Origin: Candidatus Aminicenantales bacterium
GTDB lineage: Bacteria; Acidobacteriota; Aminicenantia; Aminicenantales; Saccharicenantaceae
Reading direction: 5' to 3'
Assembly: GCA_049512315.1 (NCBI GenBank)
Contig: JBEKXF010000007.1
Span: forward strand, 1 to 64,000
Length of the DNA: 64,000 nucleotides
This document shows, piece by piece, positions 36,579-45,976 of the stretch (position 1 is the stretch's first letter; each line of letters starts with the position of its first letter). The position numbers were made by a program, and so were the translations under genes. The notes below the pieces were generated by a model, which worked only from the letters and a program-made list of their open reading frames with translations, ran no database searches and was not told the origin of the DNA.

Positions 36579-37571
36579 ATGAGCAAGCGAAAACGCATCT
36601 TCAGCGGCATCCAGCCGAGCGGGACGATCCATATCGGCAACTACTTCGGGGCCATCGAGAACTGGGTCCGGCTAATGAAGGACTACGAATGCTTCTTCGG
36701 CATCGTCGACTACCACGCCATCACGGTGGGCTTCGACCCCGCCCTCATGCAAAAACGGATCTGGGAGGCCGCCCTTGACAATATCGCCGCCGGGCTCGAC
36801 CCGGCCCGCTGCACGATCTTCGTCCAGAGCCACGTCCCCGAGCACACCGAGCTCTGCTGGCTGCTCAACTGCGTGACGCCCGTGGGCGAGCTCGGCCGGA
36901 TGACCCAGTTCAAGGAGAAATCCGAGCGGGAGCGGGAGAACGTCACGGCCGGCCTTCTCAACTACCCCATCCTTCAGGCCGCCGACATCCTCATCTACAA
37001 AGCCGCCGCCGTCCCGGTCGGAGAGGACCAGGCCCAGCACCTCGAGTTCGCCCGGGAAGTCGCCCGCCGCTTCAACCACCGGTTCGGGGATTACTTCCCG
37101 GAGCCGCAGACCCTGATCGGCCGCGGGGCCCGGGTCACGGGGATCGACGGCGAGGCGAAGATGAGCAAGTCGCTCGAGAACTACATCGGCGTCGCCGAGG
37201 AGCCGGACGCGATCTGGGAGAAGCTCCGGCCGGCCAAGACCGACGAGGCCCGCAAGCGCCGCAGCGACCCGGGGAACCCCGACCGGTGCAACATTTTTTC
37301 CTATCACAAGCTCGTGACCCCCGAAGAGGAGATCCGGGAGATCGTCAAGGGCTGCACCACCGCAGGGATCGGCTGCCTCGACTGCAAGAAGGTCTTCTTC
37401 AACAACCTGCGGAAAGTCCTGGACCCGATCCGGGAGAGGCGCCGGGCCCTCGAGAGGGATCCCGAGGCCGTCCGGGTGGCGCTCAGGGAAGGGGCCCTGA
37501 AAGCCCGGGGCATCGCCCAGGACACCGTCCGGGGTGCCAAGAAGCTCATGGGCCTCCTCTCGGAATTTTAA
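36579..37571 (+). CDS. trpS: Tryptophan--tRNA ligase
   Basis: SGIQPSG.IHIGNY, YP.LQAADIL, VPVGEDQ..HLE, KMSKS. Confidence 0.97.
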   Translation: MSKRKRIFSGIQPSGTIHIGNYFGAIENWVRLMKDYECFFGIVDYHAITVGFDPALMQKRIWEAALDNIAAGLDPARCTIFVQSHVPEHTELCWLLNCVTPVGELGRMTQFKEKSERERENVTAGLLNYPILQAADILIYKAAAVPVGEDQAQHLEFAREVARRFNHRFGDYFPEPQTLIGRGARVTGIDGEAKMSKSLENYIGVAEEPDAIWEKLRPAKTDEARKRRSDPGNPDRCNIFSYHKLVTPEEEIREIVKGCTTAGIGCLDCKKVFFNNLRKVLDPIRERRRALERDPEAVRVALREGALKARGIAQDTVRGAKKLMGLLSEF

Positions 37572-37632
37572 GGGTCTCCGCGGCCCGGACCCCGGGCCCG
37601 CCGACCGAGAGCCCAAGAATCCGCTTTTCCCG

Positions 37633-37658
37633 GCAACCTTTTTCCGGCCGTTTCCGTC
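37633..37658 (+). promoter_or_regulatory. ECF-type promoter upstream of the DUF4097 gene
   Basis: GCAACC-N16-CGTC. Confidence 0.55.
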
Positions 37659-37693
37659 TTTCTATTCGAAGGTCGAACTTCGAGGAGGTTTTC

Positions 37694-38512
37694 ATGCTGA
37701 AGATCAAAACGCCGGTCATCCTGACCGTCCTGGCCCTGGCCCTGCTTTGCGTCGGCCTGTTCACGCCGGCGGCGGCCGACTACCGGGAGGATTTCTCCAA
37801 GACCCTGGCCCTCAAGGCGCGCGAAACTTTTGCCCTGGACAACGTCAACGGCCGCGTGACGGTCGGCACATGGAAAGACAACAAGGTCGAGATCAAGGCC
37901 GTGAAGGTGGCCCGGGACAATGAGAAGGACCTCAAGGACGTGGAGATCCGGGTCGACGAGTCGGCCGGAAAGGTGTCGGTCAGGGCGATCTGGCCCAAGT
38001 TCAGGTCGAACTTCCATGTCGAAGTCAACTTCGCGATCATGGTCCCCGAGGGCGTCAACCTGCGGAAAGTCGAGACCGTCAACGGCGACGTCGAGGCGAC
38101 GGGCACGTTCGGCTCGGCCGAGCTCGGGACGACCAACGGCTCGGTGACCGCGGACGGCGTCAAGGGGACGATGGACGTCTCGACGACGAACGGTGGGATC
38201 AAGGTCTCCCGTCAGGAAGGAAAGCTCCGGGCCGAGACGACCAACGGCAATATCCGTCTCGAACGCCTGACCTTCAAGGACGGGATCCGGGCGGAGACGA
38301 CCAACGGCTCGATCACGCTGGCCATCAAAGCCCCCGACCAGATCAACGCCCTCCTACGGGCTGAAACGACGAACGGCCATATCTCCGTGGATTTCCCGGT
38401 GACCCTGAAAAACCTCCGTCAGTCCCGGCGTCTGATAGAAGCCCAGATCGGCCAGGGAGGGCCGGAGATCTCCCTGCAGACGACCAACGGTTCGATCTCG
38501 ATCACGAAGTAG
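37694..38512 (+). CDS. DUF4097 beta-strand repeat protein, exported
   Basis: Repeated (E/S)TTNG.I units; signal peptide; SD GAGGAGG. Confidence 0.88.
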   Translation: MLKIKTPVILTVLALALLCVGLFTPAAADYREDFSKTLALKARETFALDNVNGRVTVGTWKDNKVEIKAVKVARDNEKDLKDVEIRVDESAGKVSVRAIWPKFRSNFHVEVNFAIMVPEGVNLRKVETVNGDVEATGTFGSAELGTTNGSVTADGVKGTMDVSTTNGGIKVSRQEGKLRAETTNGNIRLERLTFKDGIRAETTNGSITLAIKAPDQINALLRAETTNGHISVDFPVTLKNLRQSRRLIEAQIGQGGPEISLQTTNGSISITK

Positions 38513-38530
38513 GGAAACGATCGCAGGATG

Positions 38531-38555
38531 GGGACCGCCTCGGCGGTCCCTTTTT
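38531..38555 (+). terminator. Intrinsic terminator between convergent genes
   Basis: gggaccgc/gcggtccc stem plus TTTTT. Confidence 0.8.
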
Positions 38556-39954
38556 ATTTCCTGGCGGGGGTTGGGGCGGGAGAACCTTCGTCCCTGACGT
38601 AAAGGACGCCCGTCTGCATGAGAAGGCCCTGGAATTCCGACTCGGCGAGCTCGCCCCTGACCTCGGCCTCGACGTGCTTGCCGAAGTAGAGCTTCTTGTT
38701 GATCCCCTCGATAAGGCTCGTGACCCGGAGGTAGATGCTGGCCTGGGGCTTGTCCACGACGACCGTCACCTTATCTTCCCGGACGATGACCGCCCGGACG
38801 GACGGGAGCTCGGCCATCTTCTTGGCGAATTTCCCGAGCATCTGCCTCTTCCTGTTCCGGGCGCCGCGGTAGATCAGGAGGGCGAAGATGGCCGGGCCGA
38901 TAAGCGACCCCCAGTTGATCCGGGCGACGAGGAGGGCCGCCGTCACGGCGATGGCCACGACCATGATCGCGATCCCTTTGTTCCCGTAGGGTATGGACGC
39001 CTTGAGCCGTTCCGCCCAGTTCAGGAAGCGCTCCCCGGCCCGCAGAGAGTGGCGCGTCCCCGTCTCGAGGTCCTGCTCGAGCTGCTTGAGGTCAGCCGCC
39101 AGGGCCCTGGCCTCGGGGTAGCGGTCTTCGGGCCTTTTCCGGAGGCAGCGGAAGACGATCCGGTGGACCTGAGGCGAGAGGTTCCGCCGGATGACCGTCA
39201 CCGGCCGGGCCTCCTCGTAGGCGATGGCGTGCATCGTGTCGATCGGTGTGTCGCCCTTGAACGGCAGCTCGCCCGTCACCATCTCGTAAAAGACAATGCC
39301 GAAGGAAAAAATGTCGCTCCTCGGGTCGAGCGCCTGGCCGCGGGCCTGCTCCGGGCTCATGTACCTGATCGTGCCCATGACGGCTCCGGGGATGGTCTGG
39401 CCGTGGGCCTTGGTCAGGGTCCGGCTGACATCTCCGGCGGTCCCGGGCTCGTCCGGGCCCGGCTCGAGCAGCTTGGCCAGGCCGAAATCGAGGAGTTTGG
39501 CGTGGCCGTCCCTGGTCACCATGATGTTGTCGGACTTGATGTCCCGGTGGATGATCCCCGCCTCGTGGGCCTTGGCCAGCCCTTCGGCGACCTGGCGGGC
39601 GATCTCGACCGACCCCAGGAGGTCAAGCTCGCCGTCGGCGATCAGGCGGCTAACGGTCTTGCCGTCGATGTATTCCATGGCAATAAAGATCCCGCCGTCG
39701 GCCTCGTCGATGTCGTAGACCTGGGCGATGGCCGGGTGGGTGAGGACGGCCGCGGCCTGGGCCTCCCGGAGGAACCGGGTCCTGCGGTCCGGGTTGGAAA
39801 CGACGCTGGGGGTCAGCATTTTCAAGGCGACGGGCCGCTGGAGTCGGAGGTCCATGGCCTTATAGACAACCCCCATGCCGCCCTGGCCGATGAGGGCCTC
39901 GATCTTGTAGTGCTTGAGGGTCCGGCCGATCATGGGACTGTTTTGTGCGATCAT
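38554..39954 (-). CDS. Hanks-type Ser/Thr protein kinase with TM hairpin and small C-terminal domain
   Basis: GQGGMG, VALK, HRDIKSDN, DFGLAK, YMSPEQ, SDIFSFG. Confidence 0.94.
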   Translation of the reverse strand: MIAQNSPMIGRTLKHYKIEALIGQGGMGVVYKAMDLRLQRPVALKMLTPSVVSNPDRRTRFLREAQAAAVLTHPAIAQVYDIDEADGGIFIAMEYIDGKTVSRLIADGELDLLGSVEIARQVAEGLAKAHEAGIIHRDIKSDNIMVTRDGHAKLLDFGLAKLLEPGPDEPGTAGDVSRTLTKAHGQTIPGAVMGTIRYMSPEQARGQALDPRSDIFSFGIVFYEMVTGELPFKGDTPIDTMHAIAYEEARPVTVIRRNLSPQVHRIVFRCLRKRPEDRYPEARALAADLKQLEQDLETGTRHSLRAGERFLNWAERLKASIPYGNKGIAIMVVAIAVTAALLVARINWGSLIGPAIFALLIYRGARNRKRQMLGKFAKKMAELPSVRAVIVREDKVTVVVDKPQASIYLRVTSLIEGINKKLYFGKHVEAEVRGELAESEFQGLLMQTGVLYVRDEGSPAPTPARK

Positions 39955-40067
39955 GGCCCGGGCTTTTTCTTATTGAATACCACAGGAACCCCGCAGGGTC
40001 AACAGCGCCGCCCGGGGGGGCGCCGTCCCAGTTTGTGCCGCGGCCGCGAGCCTGGCCCGGGCCCGGC

Positions 40068-42770
40068 CTACCTCGTCGTGATGAGGTTCCGCTTGCGGAG
40101 CTCTTCCAGCCCTTTTTCCCAGGCGCCGGCGTCCGCCCAGAGGTAATAGGAAAAATAGCGGACCGTCTTCTGGAAGATCGGGACCCAAGGCTGGAGCTCA
40201 GCGTAGTAGTGATGGGACTCCCCGTTGGAGGGGTGGTTCATCCACACGTGGAGGAACTCGGGCTCGCTCACCGGGAAGGCGCCGACGAACGAGACGTCCT
40301 CGACCGTGTCCCGGCCGGCGTTCCAGCCTTCCTTGAGGAAGAAGACCTCGCCGAAATACTCTTCGGGCCGCATCCGGACCTCACGGCGTCCGGTCACGGA
40401 CGGGATGACGAAAACGTCTTCGGTCCAGTGCCTTTTCCCCAGCTCGAGGATGGGCTGGGGACCGATCATGTGGAGCTCGGGATTGCGGAACTCCAAGGCG
40501 AAGCGGACCTCGACGAGCGGCGAATCGCCGAACAGGGTGAAAGTCTTCTCCAGGCGGTTGCCGAAATAATCGGCCTCCATCCTCACCTGGACGAAGGGCC
40601 CCTCTTTGCGGACGAGCTCCGCGTCATAGATCCTATGCGTTTCGATGGACGCCTGGCCGAGGAAATCCTCGAATCCCCCGTAGGGGTAGAAACCGCGCTC
40701 GCGAAAAGGCCGCCTGTCCGTGTCCTCCCTCTCGGGCCAAAGCTTGAAGAGGACGTTGTCGTTCTTTTCCTTGACGACATACTCGATGATGCGGGCGCCG
40801 GTGCGGAGCAGGGTGACCCGGACCTTGGAGTTTTCGAGCCGGAATTCGTTCGTCCCGTCGCCGTTGAGGTCGACCTCCGTCGCCGTCGCCTTTCCCGACG
40901 CCGGGCCGACGCCGAGCTGCGTCACGCCCTCCGCGCCGAGGGACGTGACCCTGACCGAATACGCCCCCGGCTTGAGAGGCAGGCGGAAGGTCAGAGTCTC
41001 GTGCTCGCCCGGCCGGGCTTGACCGGTCTGCAGGGCCTCAAAGACGGGGTGACCCGGGCCGCCCTCCGGATAGACCTTGACGGAGACCGGGTATCCGGTC
41101 CCGTTCGAGAAGTTATGGACGGAGACGGGATAGACGACCTCGGGCTCCAGGCCGAAAAGGAGCCTGTGAACGGAGATCGCGGGGGGGAGGTCGAGAACGG
41201 TCAGGGCCCTTTTCCGGCCCGCTTTCCAGCGCATCTCGACCAGGATGGGGTTGGCCTTGGCCATGGCGGCCAGGGTAGGCTCGATCCCGAACCGGAACGT
41301 CCGCTCCGCGCCGGGCGGCAGGGCAGCGTCCGCGAATCCGCCTTTGATACGGAGCTCCGGCGCCGGCCGGACCTCGAGCTTTCCCTCGACGGGAGCCGCG
41401 CTCAAGTTTGCCGCCCGGACGACGAGCTCACGTCCCTCCATGACGGCTTCAAGCCGGACCCGGTCGCCGAAATAGTCCTCGAGGAAGACCCGGTCGAGGA
41501 GGAGCATCTGGAGGGCGTTGCGGAAAAGCGCCGGCCCCAGCATCTTCCCCTGGGGCAGGACACCGACGGCCCGCCGCGAGATGATCGCCTCCCACATCCC
41601 GTCCCGGGTCAGACGGCTTCCTTTCCGGTTGAAAAGGACCATGCAGGCCGGCGCCTCTTCGCGGACCATGCCCGTCTGGAGGATAAAAGGGATGTCCTCC
41701 CCGTCGATCTGTTTCTTGTTCCCTTCGATGGCGATCGAGCCGTCGTACTTGAACTTGTCGCAGTCGGGGGCATCCACGGGCCGGAAGATGAAGCCGCGGC
41801 GGTCCCTGACGAGCTTGATCCACTCTTCCTCCGTGGGCGTGTCCTGGATCTTGAGCCCGTCCCAGCTCCTGAGGCCGTAGGCGACGGTGCCCAGGCTGTG
41901 GGTAGCCTTGCCGGTGCCGACGTCGGTGACGACGTCGAGCCCCACCTTGGCGAGCCAAGCGGTGAGCTCGTTTTGCATCAGGTAGTCCATGTAGCCGCTG
42001 AACGTGAACCAGTCGTTGCCCTGGCCGAGGCCTTTTCCGATGACCTCGAGCGGGTGGCCGGGAAAACAGGTGACGCTGTGGAGGAGCGTCCCCGTGCCGA
42101 ACCATCCGCGGTGGAGGTCATAGCGGCCGAGGACATCGCGGAGGTTCGCGAGGAGCTCCCGGAAGCGGCGGCGGCATTCGGGGCAGTCCGTCACGACGGC
42201 GAAAAGCCGGCGCTCGCCGCTCGTGAGGAGAAACGCGCGGACCTCGTAATAATCCCGGCCGTTTCGCTGGTGACTGCCGAGCTTCTCTCCCCAGGGGACC
42301 GTATCGGGAAGCAAGGCCAGAAGCTTCCTGCCCGTGGCGCTCGAGGGCTTCGCCCAGACGAGGGCGTCCCCGCTATCCAGGGCCTTTTCGAGCTCGGCCG
42401 TGTCCGGGTCCTCGAATTCCCGGGCGGTGGCCCTGAGCCAGGCGTCGAGAAAGCCTTCGGCCAGGAAAAGGCCGGGAATCCTCAACTCCTCGGCGATGTC
42501 GACCTTGTTCTGGGCGATGGACTTGGCCACGTCGGACTGGCTGATGAGATAGAGGCTGCCGTACTGCGACCACTGATAATAGATGTCGTGCCAGTAGTTC
42601 GTGTAGCCGTTGAACTGGCCGGGTGTCGTGATCGCCGCGGCCGGGGCCGCGACGGCGGTCGGGCCCTGGAACCGGTCGAGGCTCTCGGCCCGGCCCCGCG
42701 CCGGGAAAACGAGAAGGAGGCCCAAGGCCCAGATGAGGCATGTGGAAAAGCGTTCGGTCTCTCGGCGCAT
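40068..42770 (-). CDS. Large exported multidomain hypothetical protein (900 aa)
   Basis: Signal peptide; SD GGAGG; genome-typical codon use; C-terminal beta-rich region. Confidence 0.85.
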   Translation of the reverse strand: MRRETERFSTCLIWALGLLLVFPARGRAESLDRFQGPTAVAAPAAAITTPGQFNGYTNYWHDIYYQWSQYGSLYLISQSDVAKSIAQNKVDIAEELRIPGLFLAEGFLDAWLRATAREFEDPDTAELEKALDSGDALVWAKPSSATGRKLLALLPDTVPWGEKLGSHQRNGRDYYEVRAFLLTSGERRLFAVVTDCPECRRRFRELLANLRDVLGRYDLHRGWFGTGTLLHSVTCFPGHPLEVIGKGLGQGNDWFTFSGYMDYLMQNELTAWLAKVGLDVVTDVGTGKATHSLGTVAYGLRSWDGLKIQDTPTEEEWIKLVRDRRGFIFRPVDAPDCDKFKYDGSIAIEGNKKQIDGEDIPFILQTGMVREEAPACMVLFNRKGSRLTRDGMWEAIISRRAVGVLPQGKMLGPALFRNALQMLLLDRVFLEDYFGDRVRLEAVMEGRELVVRAANLSAAPVEGKLEVRPAPELRIKGGFADAALPPGAERTFRFGIEPTLAAMAKANPILVEMRWKAGRKRALTVLDLPPAISVHRLLFGLEPEVVYPVSVHNFSNGTGYPVSVKVYPEGGPGHPVFEALQTGQARPGEHETLTFRLPLKPGAYSVRVTSLGAEGVTQLGVGPASGKATATEVDLNGDGTNEFRLENSKVRVTLLRTGARIIEYVVKEKNDNVLFKLWPEREDTDRRPFRERGFYPYGGFEDFLGQASIETHRIYDAELVRKEGPFVQVRMEADYFGNRLEKTFTLFGDSPLVEVRFALEFRNPELHMIGPQPILELGKRHWTEDVFVIPSVTGRREVRMRPEEYFGEVFFLKEGWNAGRDTVEDVSFVGAFPVSEPEFLHVWMNHPSNGESHHYYAELQPWVPIFQKTVRYFSYYLWADAGAWEKGLEELRKRNLITTR

Positions 42771-42904
42771 CGTGTCCCTCCTCCGTCCGGAAGTCCCTTG
42801 GGAAACCCGGCCCTATTATACTTGTCGAGGTCGGGAGGTGGAAGTCGGGTTTGACTCCCGGCCGGCAAGTTGTTATTCTCTGCTCAGGCAGCCCGGAGGG
42901 AATC

Positions 42905-45535
42905 ATGGAAAGGGATCCGACCAGGACTCTCAAGGTCGAAACGGCCAGGATCAGGCCCGGCCAGACCCTCGCCGGCAAGTATCGCATTGTGCGGGAGCTC
43001 GGCCGGGGCGGCATGGGGGTCGTTTATGAGGCCGAGGACCTCAGGCTCAAGCGCATCGTTGCCCTCAAGTTCCTGCCGCCCGGACTGACTTCGGACCAGG
43101 AGGCCCGGGAGCGTTTCGTCCACGAAGCCCAGGCGGCCTCGGGTCTCGACCACCCCAATATCTGCACCATCTACGAGATCGACGAGGCCGAGGCCGGCGG
43201 GATGTACATCGCCATGGCCTGTTACAGGGGAGAGAGCCTCAAAGAGAAGATGAGCCGGGGGCCCCTCGAACCGGCCGAAGCCATAGGGATCGCCCTCGGA
43301 GTGGCCGAAGGGCTGGCCAAAGCCCATGAACAGGGCATCGTCCACCGCGACATCAAGCCCGGGAACATCATGATCACGGCCGACGGCGCCGCCAAGATCC
43401 TCGATTTTGGCCTGGCCAAGCTGGGCGGCGACGCGCGCCTGACCCTGCCGGGGACGACGATGGGAACGGCGGCCTACATGTCGCCCGAACAGGCGCGGGG
43501 GGACAACGTGGACTGCCGGACGGACGTCTGGTCCCTCGGCGTCGTCCTCTATGAGATGGCGACCGGAGAGCTCCCCTTCGGCCGGGACAAGAAGCAGGCC
43601 GTCCTCCACGAGCCGCCGCGCCCGGCAAAAGATCTTCCCTCCGGCTATCCGGCGGAGCTCGTGTCGATCATGGACAGGTCCCTGGCCAAGGACCCTGCCA
43701 GAAGGTTCCCTTCGGCCCGGGAGATGGCCGATTCGCTCCTGGACCTCAAGACGCGGATGAGCGCCCGCCGCTACCCGGCCGCCCGGCAGCTGACCTTCCG
43801 GCGCTCCCGGAAGCCGCTGCTGCTCGCGGCCGGCGCGCTGTCCCTGGTCTCCCTGGCGGTCGCCGTCTGGCTGCTCAACCGGCCCAGCCTGGCCTTTGAG
43901 AGCCGCGACCGGCTGATGGTGGCCGACGCCGACAACCTCACCGGGGACAAAGTCTTCGACCTGGCCCTCCGGACGGCCATCGAGGCCGACCTCCAGCAAT
44001 CCGCCTATGCCGTGATCTTCGACAAGCCCCAAATCAGCGACACCCTCCGCCTGATGAGAATAGACCCGTCGGCCCGCGTCGACGAGAATCTCGGCTACGA
44101 GGTTTGCCGTTTCGCAGGGGTCAGGGCGTTCATCCTGCCGCGGATCATGGCCGTCGGCGAGGCCTACGAGCTCGAGGCGATCCTGATCGACCCGCTGAAA
44201 CGGAGGCACGTAGACCGGATCCGGGTCACGGCCCGCGGCCGGGAAGAGGTCCTTCTCAAGGGCATCGACAAGCTGACCAAAGCGCTCCGGTCCAGACTGG
44301 GCGAATCGCTGGGCAGCATCGAAAAAGCCGACGTCCCCATCGCGACCGTGACGACTTCCTCCTGGGAGGCGCTGGACTATTTTTCCATGGCCCAGGCCAA
44401 GCGGAACGACGCCAAGTTCAAGGAGGCGGCGGCCTTGTATGAGCTGGCCCTGGATAAGGACCCAAAGTTTGCCGCCGCCCGGAGCTCGCTCGGGCTTGTC
44501 CTGATCCAATTCCTGGGACAGCCGGAGAAAGGGAAGGCGATGCTACAGCAAGCCCTCCAGGATGCCCAGAGCCTGGGCCTGCCGCAGCGGGACGTCCTGC
44601 CGATGAAGGCCGTCAACCGGCAGTTCGTGGCCGGCGACCTCCCCGGCGCCCTCGAGGAATACCGAACGCTGATGGGGCTTTTTCCGGACCTCATGGTCCC
44701 CTACAACAATTCGGGCCGGATCCTCCAGGCTCTCGGCCGCTTCGACGAGGCCGCGGCCATGTACGAAGAGGCGGTCAAGCGGGCCCCGAAGAGCGCCATT
44801 CCCTTGCAGAACATGTGGTTCCTCGACATGGACCTCAGGCAGGACGCCCAGGCCGGGGAATCGGCCGCGCGTCGTCTTGTCGATCTGGCTCCCGCCTTGG
44901 CCAACCCCCACAGCTTTCTTGGCTATAGCCTGGCGGTCCAGGAGAAATACGGCGAAGCCGAGAAGGAGTTCCGGAAGTCCCTGGAGATCGAGCCCGATCA
45001 TCCCTATGCTCTTCCCAACTTGGCCCACGTCCTTTTCGTGTCGGGAAAGGTGGCGGAGGCCGTTCCCGTTTATCGCCGGATGCTCGAGCTCGTCAGCCGG
45101 GGGAAATTGACCGGGACCCCGGAGTGGGACTGCGTGGCGCTGGCCCTGGCCCTTCACGAATCCGGCCAGGCCCAAGAAGCCTTGAGAACAGCCGCGGAGG
45201 GCCGCGATGCGCTCACGAAAAAACTCCAGGGCAACAAGCCCCCTGAGTCCGACGATTGGGTTGCCTACGGGGCGCTGGCGGCGGTTGGCGGAGACGCCGA
45301 AAGGGCGGTCGTCTGCATCAATAAGGCCATGCCCTCCGGCATCAAGGACCCGAACTCGCTCATGGACTTGGCTGAACTCTACGCCCTGATCGGCCGGCCC
45401 GCGGAGGCCATCGAGTCCATCAAGAAGTCCCTCGCTGGGGGATTCTCCGACCCCTTCTTTCCGGTCATCCTGCCGGAGTTTCAATCCATCAGGAAAAATC
45501 CGGAATTCCGGGTCCTGTTCAAGCTCGGCCTATAG
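42905..45535 (+). CDS. Ser/Thr protein kinase with TM helix and TPR repeats
   Basis: GRGGMG, HRDIKPGN, DFGLAK, YMSPEQ; TM near residue 310; TTSS.EA and TPR repeats. Confidence 0.94.
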   Translation: MERDPTRTLKVETARIRPGQTLAGKYRIVRELGRGGMGVVYEAEDLRLKRIVALKFLPPGLTSDQEARERFVHEAQAASGLDHPNICTIYEIDEAEAGGMYIAMACYRGESLKEKMSRGPLEPAEAIGIALGVAEGLAKAHEQGIVHRDIKPGNIMITADGAAKILDFGLAKLGGDARLTLPGTTMGTAAYMSPEQARGDNVDCRTDVWSLGVVLYEMATGELPFGRDKKQAVLHEPPRPAKDLPSGYPAELVSIMDRSLAKDPARRFPSAREMADSLLDLKTRMSARRYPAARQLTFRRSRKPLLLAAGALSLVSLAVAVWLLNRPSLAFESRDRLMVADADNLTGDKVFDLALRTAIEADLQQSAYAVIFDKPQISDTLRLMRIDPSARVDENLGYEVCRFAGVRAFILPRIMAVGEAYELEAILIDPLKRRHVDRIRVTARGREEVLLKGIDKLTKALRSRLGESLGSIEKADVPIATVTTSSWEALDYFSMAQAKRNDAKFKEAAALYELALDKDPKFAAARSSLGLVLIQFLGQPEKGKAMLQQALQDAQSLGLPQRDVLPMKAVNRQFVAGDLPGALEEYRTLMGLFPDLMVPYNNSGRILQALGRFDEAAAMYEEAVKRAPKSAIPLQNMWFLDMDLRQDAQAGESAARRLVDLAPALANPHSFLGYSLAVQEKYGEAEKEFRKSLEIEPDHPYALPNLAHVLFVSGKVAEAVPVYRRMLELVSRGKLTGTPEWDCVALALALHESGQAQEALRTAAEGRDALTKKLQGNKPPESDDWVAYGALAAVGGDAERAVVCINKAMPSGIKDPNSLMDLAELYALIGRPAEAIESIKKSLAGGFSDPFFPVILPEFQSIRKNPEFRVLFKLGL

Positions 45536-45554
45536 ACCGCCCTCTGCCGGATCC

Positions 45555-45583
45555 TTGACCGGCTCAACCCGGGGGCCTATAAT
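45555..45583 (+). promoter_or_regulatory. sigma70 promoter
   Basis: TTGACC, 17 nt, TATAAT. Confidence 0.7.
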
Positions 45584-45619
45584 GCTTATCCAAATTCCGT
45601 CTGATCGAGAGTGAGAGAC

Positions 45620-45952
45620 ATGAGCAAGCTTTGCAGTCCGGAGGAGGTCCGGGAGATCGCGAAATCCGGCGACGGCGCTTTCGTCCTTTTTTACGCGTCC
45701 TGGTGTCCGTTCTCCCAGGCGTTCCTTCCGGTCTACGAAAAGCACGCGAACGGCCGGGAGAAGGAATTCGTCCGGATCGTCCTCGACGGCAACGAAGAGC
45801 TGTTCGAGGAGCACGGCATCGGCGTCTACCCCACGGTCCTGTTCTTCAAGAACGGCGCGGTCGCCCGCCGGCTCGACGGGAAGCACCTGGCCGGGCTCAA
45901 GGAAAAACAATTGACCGAGCTCATCGCGTCATGCGACGCGATGAAGCCCTGA
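45620..45952 (+). CDS. Thioredoxin-family protein with CxxS motif
   Basis: FYASWCPFS, YPT.LFFKNG. Confidence 0.88.
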   Translation: MSKLCSPEEVREIAKSGDGAFVLFYASWCPFSQAFLPVYEKHANGREKEFVRIVLDGNEELFEEHGIGVYPTVLFFKNGAVARRLDGKHLAGLKEKQLTELIASCDAMKP

Positions 45953-45976
45953 ACCTTTTTCTTCGAAGGGCCGGGA

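Noticed and set aside
38070..38500. Recurring acgaccaacggc DNA repeats
   Set aside because: Explained by TTNG repeats of the DUF4097 protein
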